Source of the DNA: Pseudomonadota bacterium
GTDB lineage: Archaea; Thermoplasmatota; SW-10-69-26; JACQPN01; JAJPHT01
Assembly: GCA_021325135.1 (NCBI GenBank)
Contig: JAJPHT010000045.1
Span: 68,456 to 132,455, forward strand
DNA: 64,000 nucleotides
Reading direction: 5' to 3'
Part shown: in pieces, positions 17,549 through 27,256 of the stretch
How positions within the stretch are numbered: position 1 is the first letter of the stretch
Layout of the letters: every line of letters begins with the position of its first letter
Notes under the pieces: model-generated
The model's database searches: none
Seen by the model: the letters and a program-made list of their open reading frames with translations, nothing else
What the model was told of the DNA's origin: nothing
Program-made: the position numbers and the translations under genes

Positions 17549-17920
17549 CGCCGCGCGCCCAGAATGCGGGGCCGAGGGCTGTCCGAAGCTCCCCTGTCGC
17601 CGCGCGCTAACAGTGCAATTCCTCGTCCGCAAGCGGGCATCACACCGCCGTGCGGCCTCCTTTTCCTGACCCGCGCGCGGGCTTCTCGGGGAGCGGGACT
17701 TCTTCTGCGGCCCCCGGTTGAACCGCGATCAACGCATGAGGCTCGCGCCTCGCTCCAGCGGTGGCCCAATGGCCAGGGACCCGTGTGCGCCCTCCCCGCG
17801 GGGGCCCCGTCACAGGTCGGGGGCCGGTCGTGGAGCGGGCAAGCCCCCTCAGGCCTCCTCGCGGATAGCCTTTCCGGCGCGCGCGAAAACCCTTTGAGCG
17901 GGGCGTGGCTTGCCGCGCCG

Positions 17921-19474
17921 ATGGCCGTCCGCCGGCTGCTGCCCCTCCTGCTCCTCGTGGTCCTCCTGGCGCCCCTGGCGAGCGCGGAGGACGCGCCGGT
18001 CATCGTGGAGCGCGCGGACGCCGGGGGCCTCTCCGCCGACGTGGGGCAGGACGCGACGGCCGTGCTCGCGCTCTCGAACCTCAACCCGTCGACGGACTTC
18101 TACGTGAACGTCCACGTGGACGGCGCGCCGGGCTGGTCCGTGCGCGTGCAGCCCAACGACTTCCTGCTCCCGGTCCGTCCGGCGGCGGGGCGCGTGCCCA
18201 CCAACGTGACCGTGACGTTCAGCGCGATGGAGCGGCCCCGCGCGGACGCGGTCTTCCACGTGAACGTCAGCATCGTGAGCACCGCGACGGGCGCGCTCAC
18301 GAGCGTCGTGCAGGACGTCGCCGTGGCCAACGCCGCGCCGCCCCTCGTGCTCGAGGCGTTCCAGAACCCGCTGGGCCCCCCGCTGGACAACGTGTGGGGC
18401 ACGTTCCTCCTGGACATGGCCTTCTGGGTGGTCGCCTCCGTGGCGGCCGTCTTCGCGGGCAACTGGGTGATCCGCGTCGCCACGCTGCGCGCCGCCAAGT
18501 ACGTCTCCACCGAGATGGCGCAGAAGCTCAGGCTGCCCCTCTTCCTCTTCGCGCTCTCGCTGGGCTTCTCGTCGAGCCTGCACGTGCTTCCGCGCAACTT
18601 CTTCACCGAGGAGGTCGCGCGCATCGCGCTGGCCATCGGCGTGGGCGTCTTCGGCCTCTACGTGCTCTACAAGCTCATGGACGCCGGGCTCTACTACTAC
18701 GAGAAGGAGATCGCGCCGCGCACCGAGACGAAGATGGACGACGTGATCATCCCCGTCGTGCGCAAGGTGGGCGTCGTCGTGCTCTGGGTCGTGGGCGGCG
18801 TGCTCACGCTGCGCCAGCTGGGCTGGGACCCGACGGTCATCTTCGCGGGCGCCTCCATCGCGGGCATCGTGATCGGTTTCGCCGCGCAGGACACGCTGGG
18901 CAACCTCTTCAGCGGCGTCTTCATCATGCTCGACCAGCCCTTCGTCGAGGGCGACGACATCATGCTGGAGACGGGCGAGACGGCGCGCGTGGAGACCATC
19001 GGCCTGCGCACGACGCGGCTTTACAACTACATGACGCACGAGAGCATCATCGTGCCCAACAACGGCCTCGCGTCCAAGCGCATCGTCAACCACACGGGGC
19101 CCGACTCCAAGTACCGCCTCTCCGTGGACGTGGGCGCGGACTACGGCTCCGACCCCGAGACGGTGCGCCGCGTCCTCCTCCAGGTGGCGGAGGCGCACCC
19201 CAAGGTCCTCAAGGAGGCGCCCTGGGAGCCGCGCGTGCGCTTCAAGAGCTTCGGCGACTCCAGCCTGGACTTCACGCTGCGCGTCACGATCCCCGAGTTC
19301 AAGGACCGCAACGAGATCGCCTCCGACCTGCGCTTCGGCATCAAGAAGGCCTTCGAGCAGAACGGCATCGACATCCCCTTCCCCCACCGGACGCTCGTGG
19401 TCAAGGGCGACGGAGCGGCCAAGGTGCTCACGCCCTCCGTGGACTCCCCCGACGCTCCCCCGAAGAAGCGCTGA
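17921..19474 (+). CDS. mscS: MscS mechanosensitive channel with N-terminal extracellular beta domain
   Basis: GFAAQDTLGNLFSGVFIMLDQPF, IGLRTTRL, VPN, FGDSSLDF, GIDIPFPHR; signal peptide at the start. Confidence 0.9.
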   Translation: MAVRRLLPLLLLVVLLAPLASAEDAPVIVERADAGGLSADVGQDATAVLALSNLNPSTDFYVNVHVDGAPGWSVRVQPNDFLLPVRPAAGRVPTNVTVTFSAMERPRADAVFHVNVSIVSTATGALTSVVQDVAVANAAPPLVLEAFQNPLGPPLDNVWGTFLLDMAFWVVASVAAVFAGNWVIRVATLRAAKYVSTEMAQKLRLPLFLFALSLGFSSSLHVLPRNFFTEEVARIALAIGVGVFGLYVLYKLMDAGLYYYEKEIAPRTETKMDDVIIPVVRKVGVVVLWVVGGVLTLRQLGWDPTVIFAGASIAGIVIGFAAQDTLGNLFSGVFIMLDQPFVEGDDIMLETGETARVETIGLRTTRLYNYMTHESIIVPNNGLASKRIVNHTGPDSKYRLSVDVGADYGSDPETVRRVLLQVAEAHPKVLKEAPWEPRVRFKSFGDSSLDFTLRVTIPEFKDRNEIASDLRFGIKKAFEQNGIDIPFPHRTLVVKGDGAAKVLTPSVDSPDAPPKKR

Positions 19475-19485
19475 GCCCGCCGCTG

Positions 19486-19621
19486 CTTGCCTCCCTGGTC
19501 AAGGGTCCAAAGAACGCGATGAGCGCGAAGAGCGCCAAGGACGCGACGAAAGGAGACTTCGCGACCTTGGCGCTCTTCGCGCTCTTTGCGTTCTTTGGAC
19601 CCGCAAGACCAGCGAGGCAAG
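19486..19621. repeat. Long inverted repeat built of 9-nt units
   Basis: 44-bp arms (19503-19546 and 19559-19602) with 3 mismatches; units like AGCGCGAAG/AGCGCCAAG; an outer stem extends further. Confidence 0.85.
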
Positions 19622-19697
19622 CCATTCGGGCTCGGGCGCGTTCGCGCGTTGATCCAAAAGCGCCAACCTGCCGCAGGCTGCCGGGGGCGCGACGCCC

Positions 19698-21326
19698 ATG
19701 GAGTCCGTGTCCCATCGCCCTGCGAGCAAGCTTGCCTGGAGGGACCTCCGGTGGGGCGCGCTCCTGAAGCACGCCTGGCTGCTGCCCATCCTCGCCCTCG
19801 CGCTCTGGCTGCGCCTCGCGGGTATCGGCGACCACCACCTCTACGGCGACGAGGCCGAGTACGCCATCGTCGCGCGCTACCTCAGCCGCGACTTCCTGTT
19901 CCTCTCCTACCCCGCCATCGATCCGTTCTCGACGGCTCCGTTCGTCTCGCAGCCGCCGCTGCTCCTCTACGTGACGGCGCTCTTCATGCGCGTCATGGGG
20001 CCCACCGACATGGCGGCGCTCCTGCCGCCCATCCTCTTCGGCACGGCGACCGTGGCCGTCACCTACGCGCTGGGCAACCGGCTGGGCGGCCGCTTCGTGG
20101 GCCTCGCCGCCGCGGCGGTCATCGCGGTGCTGCCCTTCCACGTGCAGATGAGCCGCCGCGCGATGCTCGACTCGGGGTTCGTCTTCTTCGTCGCGCTCAC
20201 GGCGTACTTCCTCGTGCGCTGGCTCCAGACGCGCACGCGCGGCTCGGCGCTGGGCGTGGGCATCGCGGGCGCGTGCGCCGCGCTGGCGAAGCTCCCCGGC
20301 GTGCTGATCCTCTTCGTGGCCGCCATCGCGTTCGTCGCCGCGGTGGGCCTCGTCGTCGCGCGCCGCGCGCGCGGCAAGGCCACGCCCGCCGAGGTGCGCG
20401 AGACGCTGGTGCAGGGGGGCCTGGGCGTGGCGCCTGTCGTCGTGGGCGCGCTCCTCTACCTCGCGCTCCTCTGGAAGCTCCAGGCCATCACGAACCTCTG
20501 GGTGAAGCTCATCTGGCAGGCGGGCCGCGTCAACACCGCCAGCGCCGCCTTCGTGGACGTCGCGCAGCAGACGCGCGACTGGTCGTGGTACCTCACCGAC
20601 CCCAAGTTCAGCTTCGGCGCCGAGTTCGGCCGCCCGATCCTCGTGCTGGGCCTCCTTGGCCTGGCCATCGGGCTCGCCCGCTTCCTGAGGCGCCCCGCCG
20701 CGCGCCTGGAGCACCTCGTCGCGCCCCTGGCGGCCGTCGTCATGGCGGCGTTCTTCTTCTACAGCGACCGCAAGGAGGGGTTCTACCTCCTGCCCTTCGC
20801 GCCCTTCCTCGCGCTGGGCGTCGGCTTCGCGGGCGCCGCGCTGCGCGACCTGCTCGCGTGGGCGAACATCCGCCTCACGCGCGACGGGGCGCCGCGCTTC
20901 GCCCCCATCGCCATCGGCGTCGCGGCCATCCTCGTCGCGGTGCCCGCCTACGGCGCCGCCAACGACAGCTATCACATCTTCGCCCTGGGCGAGTCGCAGG
21001 AGAAGTACCTGGGCGAGGGCACGCAGGAGGCGGCGGACTACATCCACCAGCACGATCCCGACGCCATCCAGTACGGCACGCTCCTGGGCCGCTTCACGCT
21101 CTACTGGTACAACGAGCAGCCCGCGTACCACTGGTACGTCGACCACACGTTCGTCGAGAGCCAGATCGAGGCGGGCCACCTCAAGTACGTCGTCAAGGAC
21201 AACTACATCGGCCTGCCCTTCGACGACCAGTACCTCAACGACCTCATCAACCAGCACCACGGCAAGCTCGTGGCGGAGTACCACCACGGATGGGGCAAGG
21301 TGCAGGTGTTCGAGGTATCGCCCTGA
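19698..21326 (+). CDS. GT-C (ArnT/PMT-like) membrane glycosyltransferase
   Basis: LYGDEAEY, QPPLL, SRRAMLD, LAKLPG; about 12 TM helices. Confidence 0.85.
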   Translation: MESVSHRPASKLAWRDLRWGALLKHAWLLPILALALWLRLAGIGDHHLYGDEAEYAIVARYLSRDFLFLSYPAIDPFSTAPFVSQPPLLLYVTALFMRVMGPTDMAALLPPILFGTATVAVTYALGNRLGGRFVGLAAAAVIAVLPFHVQMSRRAMLDSGFVFFVALTAYFLVRWLQTRTRGSALGVGIAGACAALAKLPGVLILFVAAIAFVAAVGLVVARRARGKATPAEVRETLVQGGLGVAPVVVGALLYLALLWKLQAITNLWVKLIWQAGRVNTASAAFVDVAQQTRDWSWYLTDPKFSFGAEFGRPILVLGLLGLAIGLARFLRRPAARLEHLVAPLAAVVMAAFFFYSDRKEGFYLLPFAPFLALGVGFAGAALRDLLAWANIRLTRDGAPRFAPIAIGVAAILVAVPAYGAANDSYHIFALGESQEKYLGEGTQEAADYIHQHDPDAIQYGTLLGRFTLYWYNEQPAYHWYVDHTFVESQIEAGHLKYVVKDNYIGLPFDDQYLNDLINQHHGKLVAEYHHGWGKVQVFEVSP

Positions 21327-21336
21327 AACAAACGGT

Positions 21337-21397
21337 CGTCGCGCGCGCCGCAGCGCGCGCACCCACGGGGGTTTCAGGGGGCGAAGCCCCCTGACGT
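21337..21397. repeat. Repeat family B, single-arm copy
   Basis: CGTCGCGCGCGCCGCAGCGCGCGCACCC..GGGGCGAAGCCCCCTGACGT matches the reverse complement of 29522-29582. Confidence 0.8.
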
Positions 21398-21559
21398 GAA
21401 GCCCCGCTCCAGCCGACGGCCAAACTCGGGGATTTTTCTCGGCCTCGCGCGCGGGCGTTCGCGCCTGGAGAATCCCCTCGCGGAGCCCGCGCACGAGGGC
21501 CCATCACCCGCTCGCCACGACTGGGCAACGTCCAAGCGAGGGGACTCCGATCCCGCTTC

Positions 21560-21877
21560 GTGGACTGGCGCGTCGCGGTGAAGCCCGCCAAGGGGGGCTG
21601 CGCGCTGGAGGTGGAGGTCGTGCCCGGCAGCCGCGAGAGCCGCTTCCCCGCGGGCTTCAACGCATGGCGCGGGCGCCTGGAGGCGAAGGTCCGCGCGCCC
21701 CCGGAGGAGGGGCAGGCCAACGCGGAATTGGTGGGCCTCGTCGCCGACGCGCTGGGCGTCCCGGCCTCGTGTGTGCGCGTGGGGGCCGGCGCGACCTCGC
21801 GCCGCAAGACGCTGCACGTCGAAGGGCTCGCGCCGCAGGAAGCGGCCGCGCGCCTCGCCGCAACGATGGGGCCCTAG
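21560..21877 (+). CDS. DUF167/UPF0235 family protein
   Basis: VVPGS, KVRAPPEEGQANAELV, GATSRRK. Confidence 0.9.
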   Translation: MDWRVAVKPAKGGCALEVEVVPGSRESRFPAGFNAWRGRLEAKVRAPPEEGQANAELVGLVADALGVPASCVRVGAGATSRRKTLHVEGLAPQEAAARLAATMGP

Positions 21878-23277
21878 GTCGCACCCCAGCCCGGGAACGC
21901 GGCGCGCAGGGGCTGGCTGCCGTGCCAGACCTGGAGCGCGCCGCCCGAGGCGTTGACGGCGGCCACCATGCCGAAGGTGCCATCGCCCCAGAGGTCGCCC
22001 ACGGCGACGCCGCTGCGCGTGACGGGGGGCGTCGCCAGGAAGCCCTTCACGCCGCCTCCGGCCAGGTCGAGGAGGAGCAGCCCCGTCCGCCCGTCCTTCG
22101 TGCCCGGCGCGATCACCACCTGCTTGCCGTCGCCCCGCACGTCCGCGACGGCGAAGTCCTTGTTGCTCTCCGCGGCGTTGAGGTCGCGGTGCCAGATCTC
22201 CTTGCCCGTCGCGGAGAAGAGGAACGCATGGCCGGGCCCGACGCGCTCAAAGTTGCCGGGCTTGTGGCCGATGGTGTTCCAGTCGCCGCCCAGGATCACG
22301 GGCCGGCCCCCGACGCTGAGCACGATGGGCCGCGTGTGCGTGAGGGGCGCGCCCCACGAGGGCTGGGCCTTCCAGAGGAGCTGCCCGTTGGGGCTCACGG
22401 CGAAGAGGACGAAGTGGTCCCGCGTGAAGTCGGTCGCGTCGTGCGCGTCGCGGGCGCCGAAGACGACCTCCGGGTGCCCGTCGCCGGTGAGGTCGGCCAG
22501 CGTGGGCGCGGCGGGAATGCTCGCGGGCGTGACGTAGGCCGAGGCGCGGAACGTCCAGCGCGTGGCGCCCGTCGCGCCGTTGAGCGCGTAGACGGTCCCC
22601 GCGTCGTTGGCGACGACCACCTCGCGCCTCCCGTCGCCGTCGAGGTCCCCGACGCTGGGCGACGCGTGGCCGCCGGGGATGGCGCGGGCCCAGAGCGTCG
22701 TGCCGTTGGCCCTCACGGCGAAGACCCCCGTCTCCTCCGTGACCACCACGACGTCGAGCTTGCCGTCGCCGTCCAAGTCCGCGACGACGGGCGTCGCGTC
22801 CATGGTGGTGAAGGACTGGTACGGGTTGTAGCGATGCTCCCAGACCTTGACGAAGGCCAGGTGCGTCGCGTTGCTGGCCGCCGGGCTCACCTCGAAGCGC
22901 ACGACCACCGCGGCCGTGTCGGCGACGACCACGTCGAGGCGGCCGTTGCCATCGAGGTCGGCCACGACGGGCGCGTTGATGGGCCCGCTGACCCCTTCGA
23001 AGGAGTAGCACGCCGACGTGCAGCCCGCGTTCCCTGGCGCGAACCGGGCGAGCACGGCTCCGGTCGCGGGGCTCACGACGTACACGCTGCCATCGTCGCT
23101 CTGCACGACGGCCTCGGGGCGCCGGTCCCCGTTGAAGTCCGCCAGGGCGATCTGGAGGCCGTTGAACGGTCCGGCGCCCGGCGAGATCGTCCGTTGCAGG
23201 CTCGCCGTGGCCGCGGCCGGGGGGCTCGCCAGCAGGCCTGCCAGAAGCAGGATCGGGACCGATCGTCGGAAGAGCAT
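21874..23277 (-). CDS. Secreted FG-GAP/beta-propeller repeat protein
   Basis: Signal peptide MLFRRSVPILLLAG; repeated ADLDGDGxxDVV motifs. Confidence 0.85.
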   Translation of the reverse strand: MLFRRSVPILLLAGLLASPPAAATASLQRTISPGAGPFNGLQIALADFNGDRRPEAVVQSDDGSVYVVSPATGAVLARFAPGNAGCTSACYSFEGVSGPINAPVVADLDGNGRLDVVVADTAAVVVRFEVSPAASNATHLAFVKVWEHRYNPYQSFTTMDATPVVADLDGDGKLDVVVVTEETGVFAVRANGTTLWARAIPGGHASPSVGDLDGDGRREVVVANDAGTVYALNGATGATRWTFRASAYVTPASIPAAPTLADLTGDGHPEVVFGARDAHDATDFTRDHFVLFAVSPNGQLLWKAQPSWGAPLTHTRPIVLSVGGRPVILGGDWNTIGHKPGNFERVGPGHAFLFSATGKEIWHRDLNAAESNKDFAVADVRGDGKQVVIAPGTKDGRTGLLLLDLAGGGVKGFLATPPVTRSGVAVGDLWGDGTFGMVAAVNASGGALQVWHGSQPLRAAFPGWGAT

Positions 23278-23577
23278 GGCATACTTCCGTGCAGGCGGCG
23301 GCTTGGCAACTCTGGAACACGACGCCCACGCCGGGCTCCGGCCGCTTGGCAAAGGTTTTAACACCCGAGCCGGCATGGGCGGCGCGAACCGGGAGACCCC
23401 GCGTCTCCTCGTCCACCATTCACCATCCTTCGGACGTGATGGGCCTCGGCCCGCGTCCGCGTATGCCCCCTTCCTTGGGCAGGCGACCCGGCGAACCGCG
23501 CCGGCGACCTCCGCGGCCTGGCACCCTGGCCCCAGTGGAGCCGATCCTGCGGCGTGCCCGGTTCCAGGAGACACACG

Positions 23578-25290
23578 ATGTCCAACTCCACCAACATCGA
23601 CCCGACCACGACCAAGTATCTCATCCGGGCCTCCATCGCCGCCGAGGGCGTCATCGAGAAGCCCGACGTCGTGGGCGCCATCTTCGGCCAGACCGAGGGG
23701 CTCCTCGGCGAGGACCTGGACCTGCGCGACCTCCAGAAGAGCGGCCGCATCGGCCGCATCGAGGTCATCATCGACTCCAAGAAGGGCAAGAGCACGGGCG
23801 ACATCCACCTGCCCTCTTCGCTCGACAAGGTCGAGACCGCCATCCTCGCGGCCGCGCTGGAGAGCATCGACCGCGTGGGCCCCGCCAAGGCGGAGATCAA
23901 GGTCCGCGGCATCGAGGACGTGCGCAGCGTGAAGCGCGACGCCGTCATCGCCCGCGCCCGCGAGCTTCTCGCCACCATGGGCGAGATGGGCCAGGGCGAG
24001 AGCGCCTCCATCATGGAGGCCGTGCGCGACTCCGTGCGCGTCGAGGACATGGTCAGCTACGGCCCCGACCGCCTCCCCGCCGGCCCCAACGTGAGCAAGT
24101 CCGACTCCATCATCGTCGTGGAGGGGCGCAACGACGTCGCGAACCTCCTCAAGCACGGCATCAAGAACGCCATCGCGGTCGAGGGCACCAACGTTCCCAA
24201 GACCATCATCGACCTCTGCAAGGACAAGAGCGCCATCGCGTTCGTGGACGGCGACCGCGGCGGCGAGCTGATCCTCAAGGAGCTTCTCCAAGTCGCCGAG
24301 ATCGACTTCCTCGCCCGCGCGCCCCGCGCCCACGAGGTCGAGGAGCTGACGCAGAAGCAGCTCATCAAGGCCCTGCGCAACAAGATCCCCGCGGACCAGT
24401 TCACCGAGCTCTACTCCCTGGAGCAGGGCCGCGCCCGCGACACGCGCGACAACCCCCGCGGCGGCGACCGCCGCGGCCGCCCCTCGGGCCGCGGCCACCC
24501 CGCCGACGCCGAGGAGGACGAGGACGAGGACGTCGACCTCACCTCCCCCATCGAGGGCGTCGACATGACGCCCATGGTGCAGCCCCAGCGCCGCGAGCAG
24601 CCGCGCCAGGAGCGCCGCGAGGAGCGCGCGCCCCGCGAGGACCGCGAGGAGCGCCGCGACGACCGCCGCCGCGAGGAGCGCGGCGAGCGGCGCGACCGCG
24701 GCGAGCGCCGCGACGAGCGCGGCCCGCGCGAGGACCGCCGCGAGCCCCGCGAGGAGCGCATGCCGCGCGAGGAGCGCGAGCGCGAGGCGCCCCGTGAAGA
24801 GCGTCGCCCCCGCGAGGAGCGCCGCGAGCGCAGGCCCGCCGAGGACGCCGACGCGCGCCCCCGTGCCGAGCAGCGCCGCCCCGTGGAGGACGCCGAGGAG
24901 CGTCCGGCCGAGCGCCGCGCCCCGCGCGAGCCCGTCGAGGAGCCCGCGGCCGCCGAGATGGCGGAGCCCGCCGAGCCCGCCCGCCCCAAGGGCGACCGCG
25001 AGGGCAAGTACCTCGCGATCCTGGAGGAGCTCAGCGGCAAGCTGCAGGCCGTCATGCTCAACGACGCCTTCGAGCGCGTCGGCGACAAGGTGGCCGTGCG
25101 CGACCTCGCGGACACGCTGAAGAAGGACACGCCCGGCGTCACGCAGGTCGTCTTCGACGGCGTCGTCACGCAGCGCCTCATCGACATCGCGATGGACAAG
25201 AAGATCGCGACCCTCGTGGGCGTCAAGACGGGCAACATCACCAAGAAGCCCGCCGGCGTCGAAGTGGTGACCCGCGCGGACCTCGCCTAG
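23578..25290 (+). CDS. dnaG: Archaeal DnaG-like primase/exosome subunit
   Basis: KPDVVGAIFGQTEGLLG, GRIGRIEV, TOPRIM VVEGRND...DGDRGG, FDGVVTQRLID; long R/E-rich insertion. Confidence 0.95.
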   Translation: MSNSTNIDPTTTKYLIRASIAAEGVIEKPDVVGAIFGQTEGLLGEDLDLRDLQKSGRIGRIEVIIDSKKGKSTGDIHLPSSLDKVETAILAAALESIDRVGPAKAEIKVRGIEDVRSVKRDAVIARARELLATMGEMGQGESASIMEAVRDSVRVEDMVSYGPDRLPAGPNVSKSDSIIVVEGRNDVANLLKHGIKNAIAVEGTNVPKTIIDLCKDKSAIAFVDGDRGGELILKELLQVAEIDFLARAPRAHEVEELTQKQLIKALRNKIPADQFTELYSLEQGRARDTRDNPRGGDRRGRPSGRGHPADAEEDEDEDVDLTSPIEGVDMTPMVQPQRREQPRQERREERAPREDREERRDDRRREERGERRDRGERRDERGPREDRREPREERMPREEREREAPREERRPREERRERRPAEDADARPRAEQRRPVEDAEERPAERRAPREPVEEPAAAEMAEPAEPARPKGDREGKYLAILEELSGKLQAVMLNDAFERVGDKVAVRDLADTLKKDTPGVTQVVFDGVVTQRLIDIAMDKKIATLVGVKTGNITKKPAGVEVVTRADLA

Positions 25291-25299
25291 GCGAGGTCA

Positions 25300-25385
25300 A
25301 GGGCGGGTCGCGAGGGGCTTCGGCCGCCTCGTGACCTGCCCCTCCGCGGGGCCCCTGGCGAGCAGCCGCGGGCCCCCTTTGTTCT
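25300..25385 (+). terminator. Putative terminator hairpins after dnaG
   Basis: GGGCGGGTCGCGAGG..CCTCGTGACCTGCCC and GGGGCCC..GGGCCCC followed by a T-rich tract. Confidence 0.4.
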
Positions 25386-25778
25386 CCTATCCTCTTTCTG
25401 GCTAGCCCGGCGTCAGCTTCAAGTCCGGCTGCCCAAGTGGCGCCTCCGTCGTCCGTCCGGCGCTGACAGGCTCCCTGCCGGCACGCGGTCGTCCATCGGG
25501 TCGCTACCTTCCTCTGCTTCCAGTGCGCTCTTTATGTGCCCGAAACGGGTCCGTCGGGAGGAGGTCAACCGGGCCGGATTTCCGTCGCCGCGGCGACAAT
25601 TCGTCGTGTCTGTCGTTGTCATGCACGGAAAACAACCTGAAAACCGGATTCATGACGTTGGCAACATAAGGCCCATGACCGGGCGACGTGGATTTCCATT
25701 GCATCCGGCGGAACGACGGGCCTGGCACCAAGGTTTATCTACCCTCGGGTTTTAATAGGGGTGCAACGGGTGGGTTCG

Positions 25779-26066
25779 ATGCAGAAGGATGAACTGATCC
25801 AAATGCACACCCTGCTTTGCCAGATCAAGAACCACCTGCAGAGCACCGGTGTCGTGAACGGCGACTCCTTCGTGGAGTACGAAAACCTCGGCATTTCCCC
25901 GGTGCACGTGCACCGCTCCAAGGGCGACCACAAGCGCGCCATCTTCCTCCTCGGGAAGGAGTTGGCCCAGTTCGCCTCCCGGGGCGAGCTTTCCGGCCCC
26001 GCGCTGGTGAGCAGCCGCTTCGCCGCCCTGGCCGCCAACCGCGAGCGCGTGGCGGCGCGGCTTTGA
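25779..26066 (+). CDS. UPF0058 family protein
   Basis: MQKDELIQMHTLL...YENLGISPVHVHRSKGDHKRAIFLLG; TTTTAATA at 25750-25757. Confidence 0.88.
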   Translation: MQKDELIQMHTLLCQIKNHLQSTGVVNGDSFVEYENLGISPVHVHRSKGDHKRAIFLLGKELAQFASRGELSGPALVSSRFAALAANRERVAARL

Positions 26067-26204
26067 CGTTGACCTGTCAATCTTTTGGCGGAGGTGGGCG
26101 CAGGTGCGCGCACGTCGTCCCGCCCGCGCTCTCTTGACCCGACCCGGGAGCTTGTGGGCCTACGTCCGCCCTCTTATGCGCACGTCCCCGCAGCCGGTCC
26201 GTCC

Positions 26205-26648
26205 TCACGCGATGAGCTTCGTCATGAGGTAAGCATCCTCCCCGTCGGCGTAGTACTTCGGGAGGATCTTCCTCTTCTCGAACCCCAGCCGCTCGTAGAG
26301 CCGGATCGCGTTCTCGTTGGTGACGCGCACCTCCAGGTTGATGCGGCGGATGGCGCGGTGGAGGAACCGCTCCTCGAACAGCTTGACCAGCCGCGCGCCG
26401 ATGCCCTTGCCGCGGGCGCGCTCGTCGACGGCGAGGATGAGGATGCGCGCTTCGTAGGCGCGCTCGATGACGCCCAGGAGGAAGCCTTCGATGCCCTCCT
26501 TGCTCTCGCAGACGATGAAGCCCTCGGGGTAGAGGTCACCCAGCTGGAGGAAGAGGCCGCCGTCGTAGCTCTCGTTGAGGCTCCGGTTCGCGAGGCGCAC
26601 CACCTCGAAGAGGTCGTCGTGCTCGAAGTTGCGGAAGTGGAGCAGCAC
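26205..26648 (-). CDS. RimI/Ard1-like GNAT N-acetyltransferase
   Basis: LAVDERARGKGIG, LEVRVTNENAIRLYERLGF, YYADGEDA. Confidence 0.9.
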   Translation of the reverse strand: MLLHFRNFEHDDLFEVVRLANRSLNESYDGGLFLQLGDLYPEGFIVCESKEGIEGFLLGVIERAYEARILILAVDERARGKGIGARLVKLFEERFLHRAIRRINLEVRVTNENAIRLYERLGFEKRKILPKYYADGEDAYLMTKLIA

Positions 26649-26709
26649 GTCACGGGGCGATGCGCGGCCCTGCCCGTTGGCTTTTTCGGTCTTGGGGCGC
26701 TCGCGTCGC

Positions 26710-27132
26710 GTGGAGCCGCTGCCCTCGTCCCTCGTCGCGCGCGTGGCGAAGGCGCGGCGCGTCGTGGAGGTGGGGGCCGGCGCGCGCTTCGAGACGGCGC
26801 TGGCGGTGGCGGCGCTGGGCCCCGAGGTGCTGGTCACCGACGTGGACGCGCGCGTGCTGGCGGCGCCCGCTCCGTTGCGCGCCCTCGTGCACGACGTCGT
26901 GCGCGGTGATCCCCGGCTTCTGGGGCCCGCGGACGTGGTGCTGGCGGTGCGGGCGCCCGAGGAGCTTCAGCTTCCCATCGCCCGCGTGGCGCGCCGCCTG
27001 GGCGCGGACCTGGCGCTGCGGCCGCTCAAGGACGAGTGGGCGGACGTCTCGGAGGCGTTTCCCCGGTGGGAGGCGCTGGGAGCGGGGTGGCGCTGGCACG
27101 CGCGGCCATCGAGCGATGGGCGCGAATGGTGA
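26710..27132 (+). CDS. UPF0146-like protein
   Basis: VVEVGAG, VTDV, AVRAPEELQ, ADLALRPL. Confidence 0.7.
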   Translation: MEPLPSSLVARVAKARRVVEVGAGARFETALAVAALGPEVLVTDVDARVLAAPAPLRALVHDVVRGDPRLLGPADVVLAVRAPEELQLPIARVARRLGADLALRPLKDEWADVSEAFPRWEALGAGWRWHARPSSDGREW

Positions 27133-27157
27133 AAGGGGGCGGCGCCGAGGACGGAGC

Positions 27158-27256
27158 ATGAAGGTCATGCGGACCCTGGCCATGGCGGCCCTCGGATTCG
27201 GCGCCTACGCGGCGTACAAGCGATGGCGCGACAACCGGAAGACGCTCAACGCTTGA
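27158..27256 (+). CDS. 32-aa single-TM micro-protein
   Basis: MKVMRTLAMAALGFGAYAAYKRWRDNRKTLNA. Confidence 0.5.
   Translation: MKVMRTLAMAALGFGAYAAYKRWRDNRKTLNA

Noticed and set aside
17560-17860. SRP RNA, RNase P RNA, or cobalamin/lysine riboswitch
   Set aside because: Only fragmentary resemblance (CCTCGTCC, GTGCAATTCC, AGCCCCCTC). The SRP helix-8 motif and RNase P GAGGAA/ACAGAA elements were not found.
24590-24930. Non-coding tandem repeat or mobile insertion in dnaG
   Set aside because: In-frame, imperfect protein-level low complexity with no terminal repeats.
25390-25740. Short ORFs in the lower-GC gap between dnaG and UPF0058
   Set aside because: Atypical codon usage and mutually overlapping; more likely promoter or UTR sequence.
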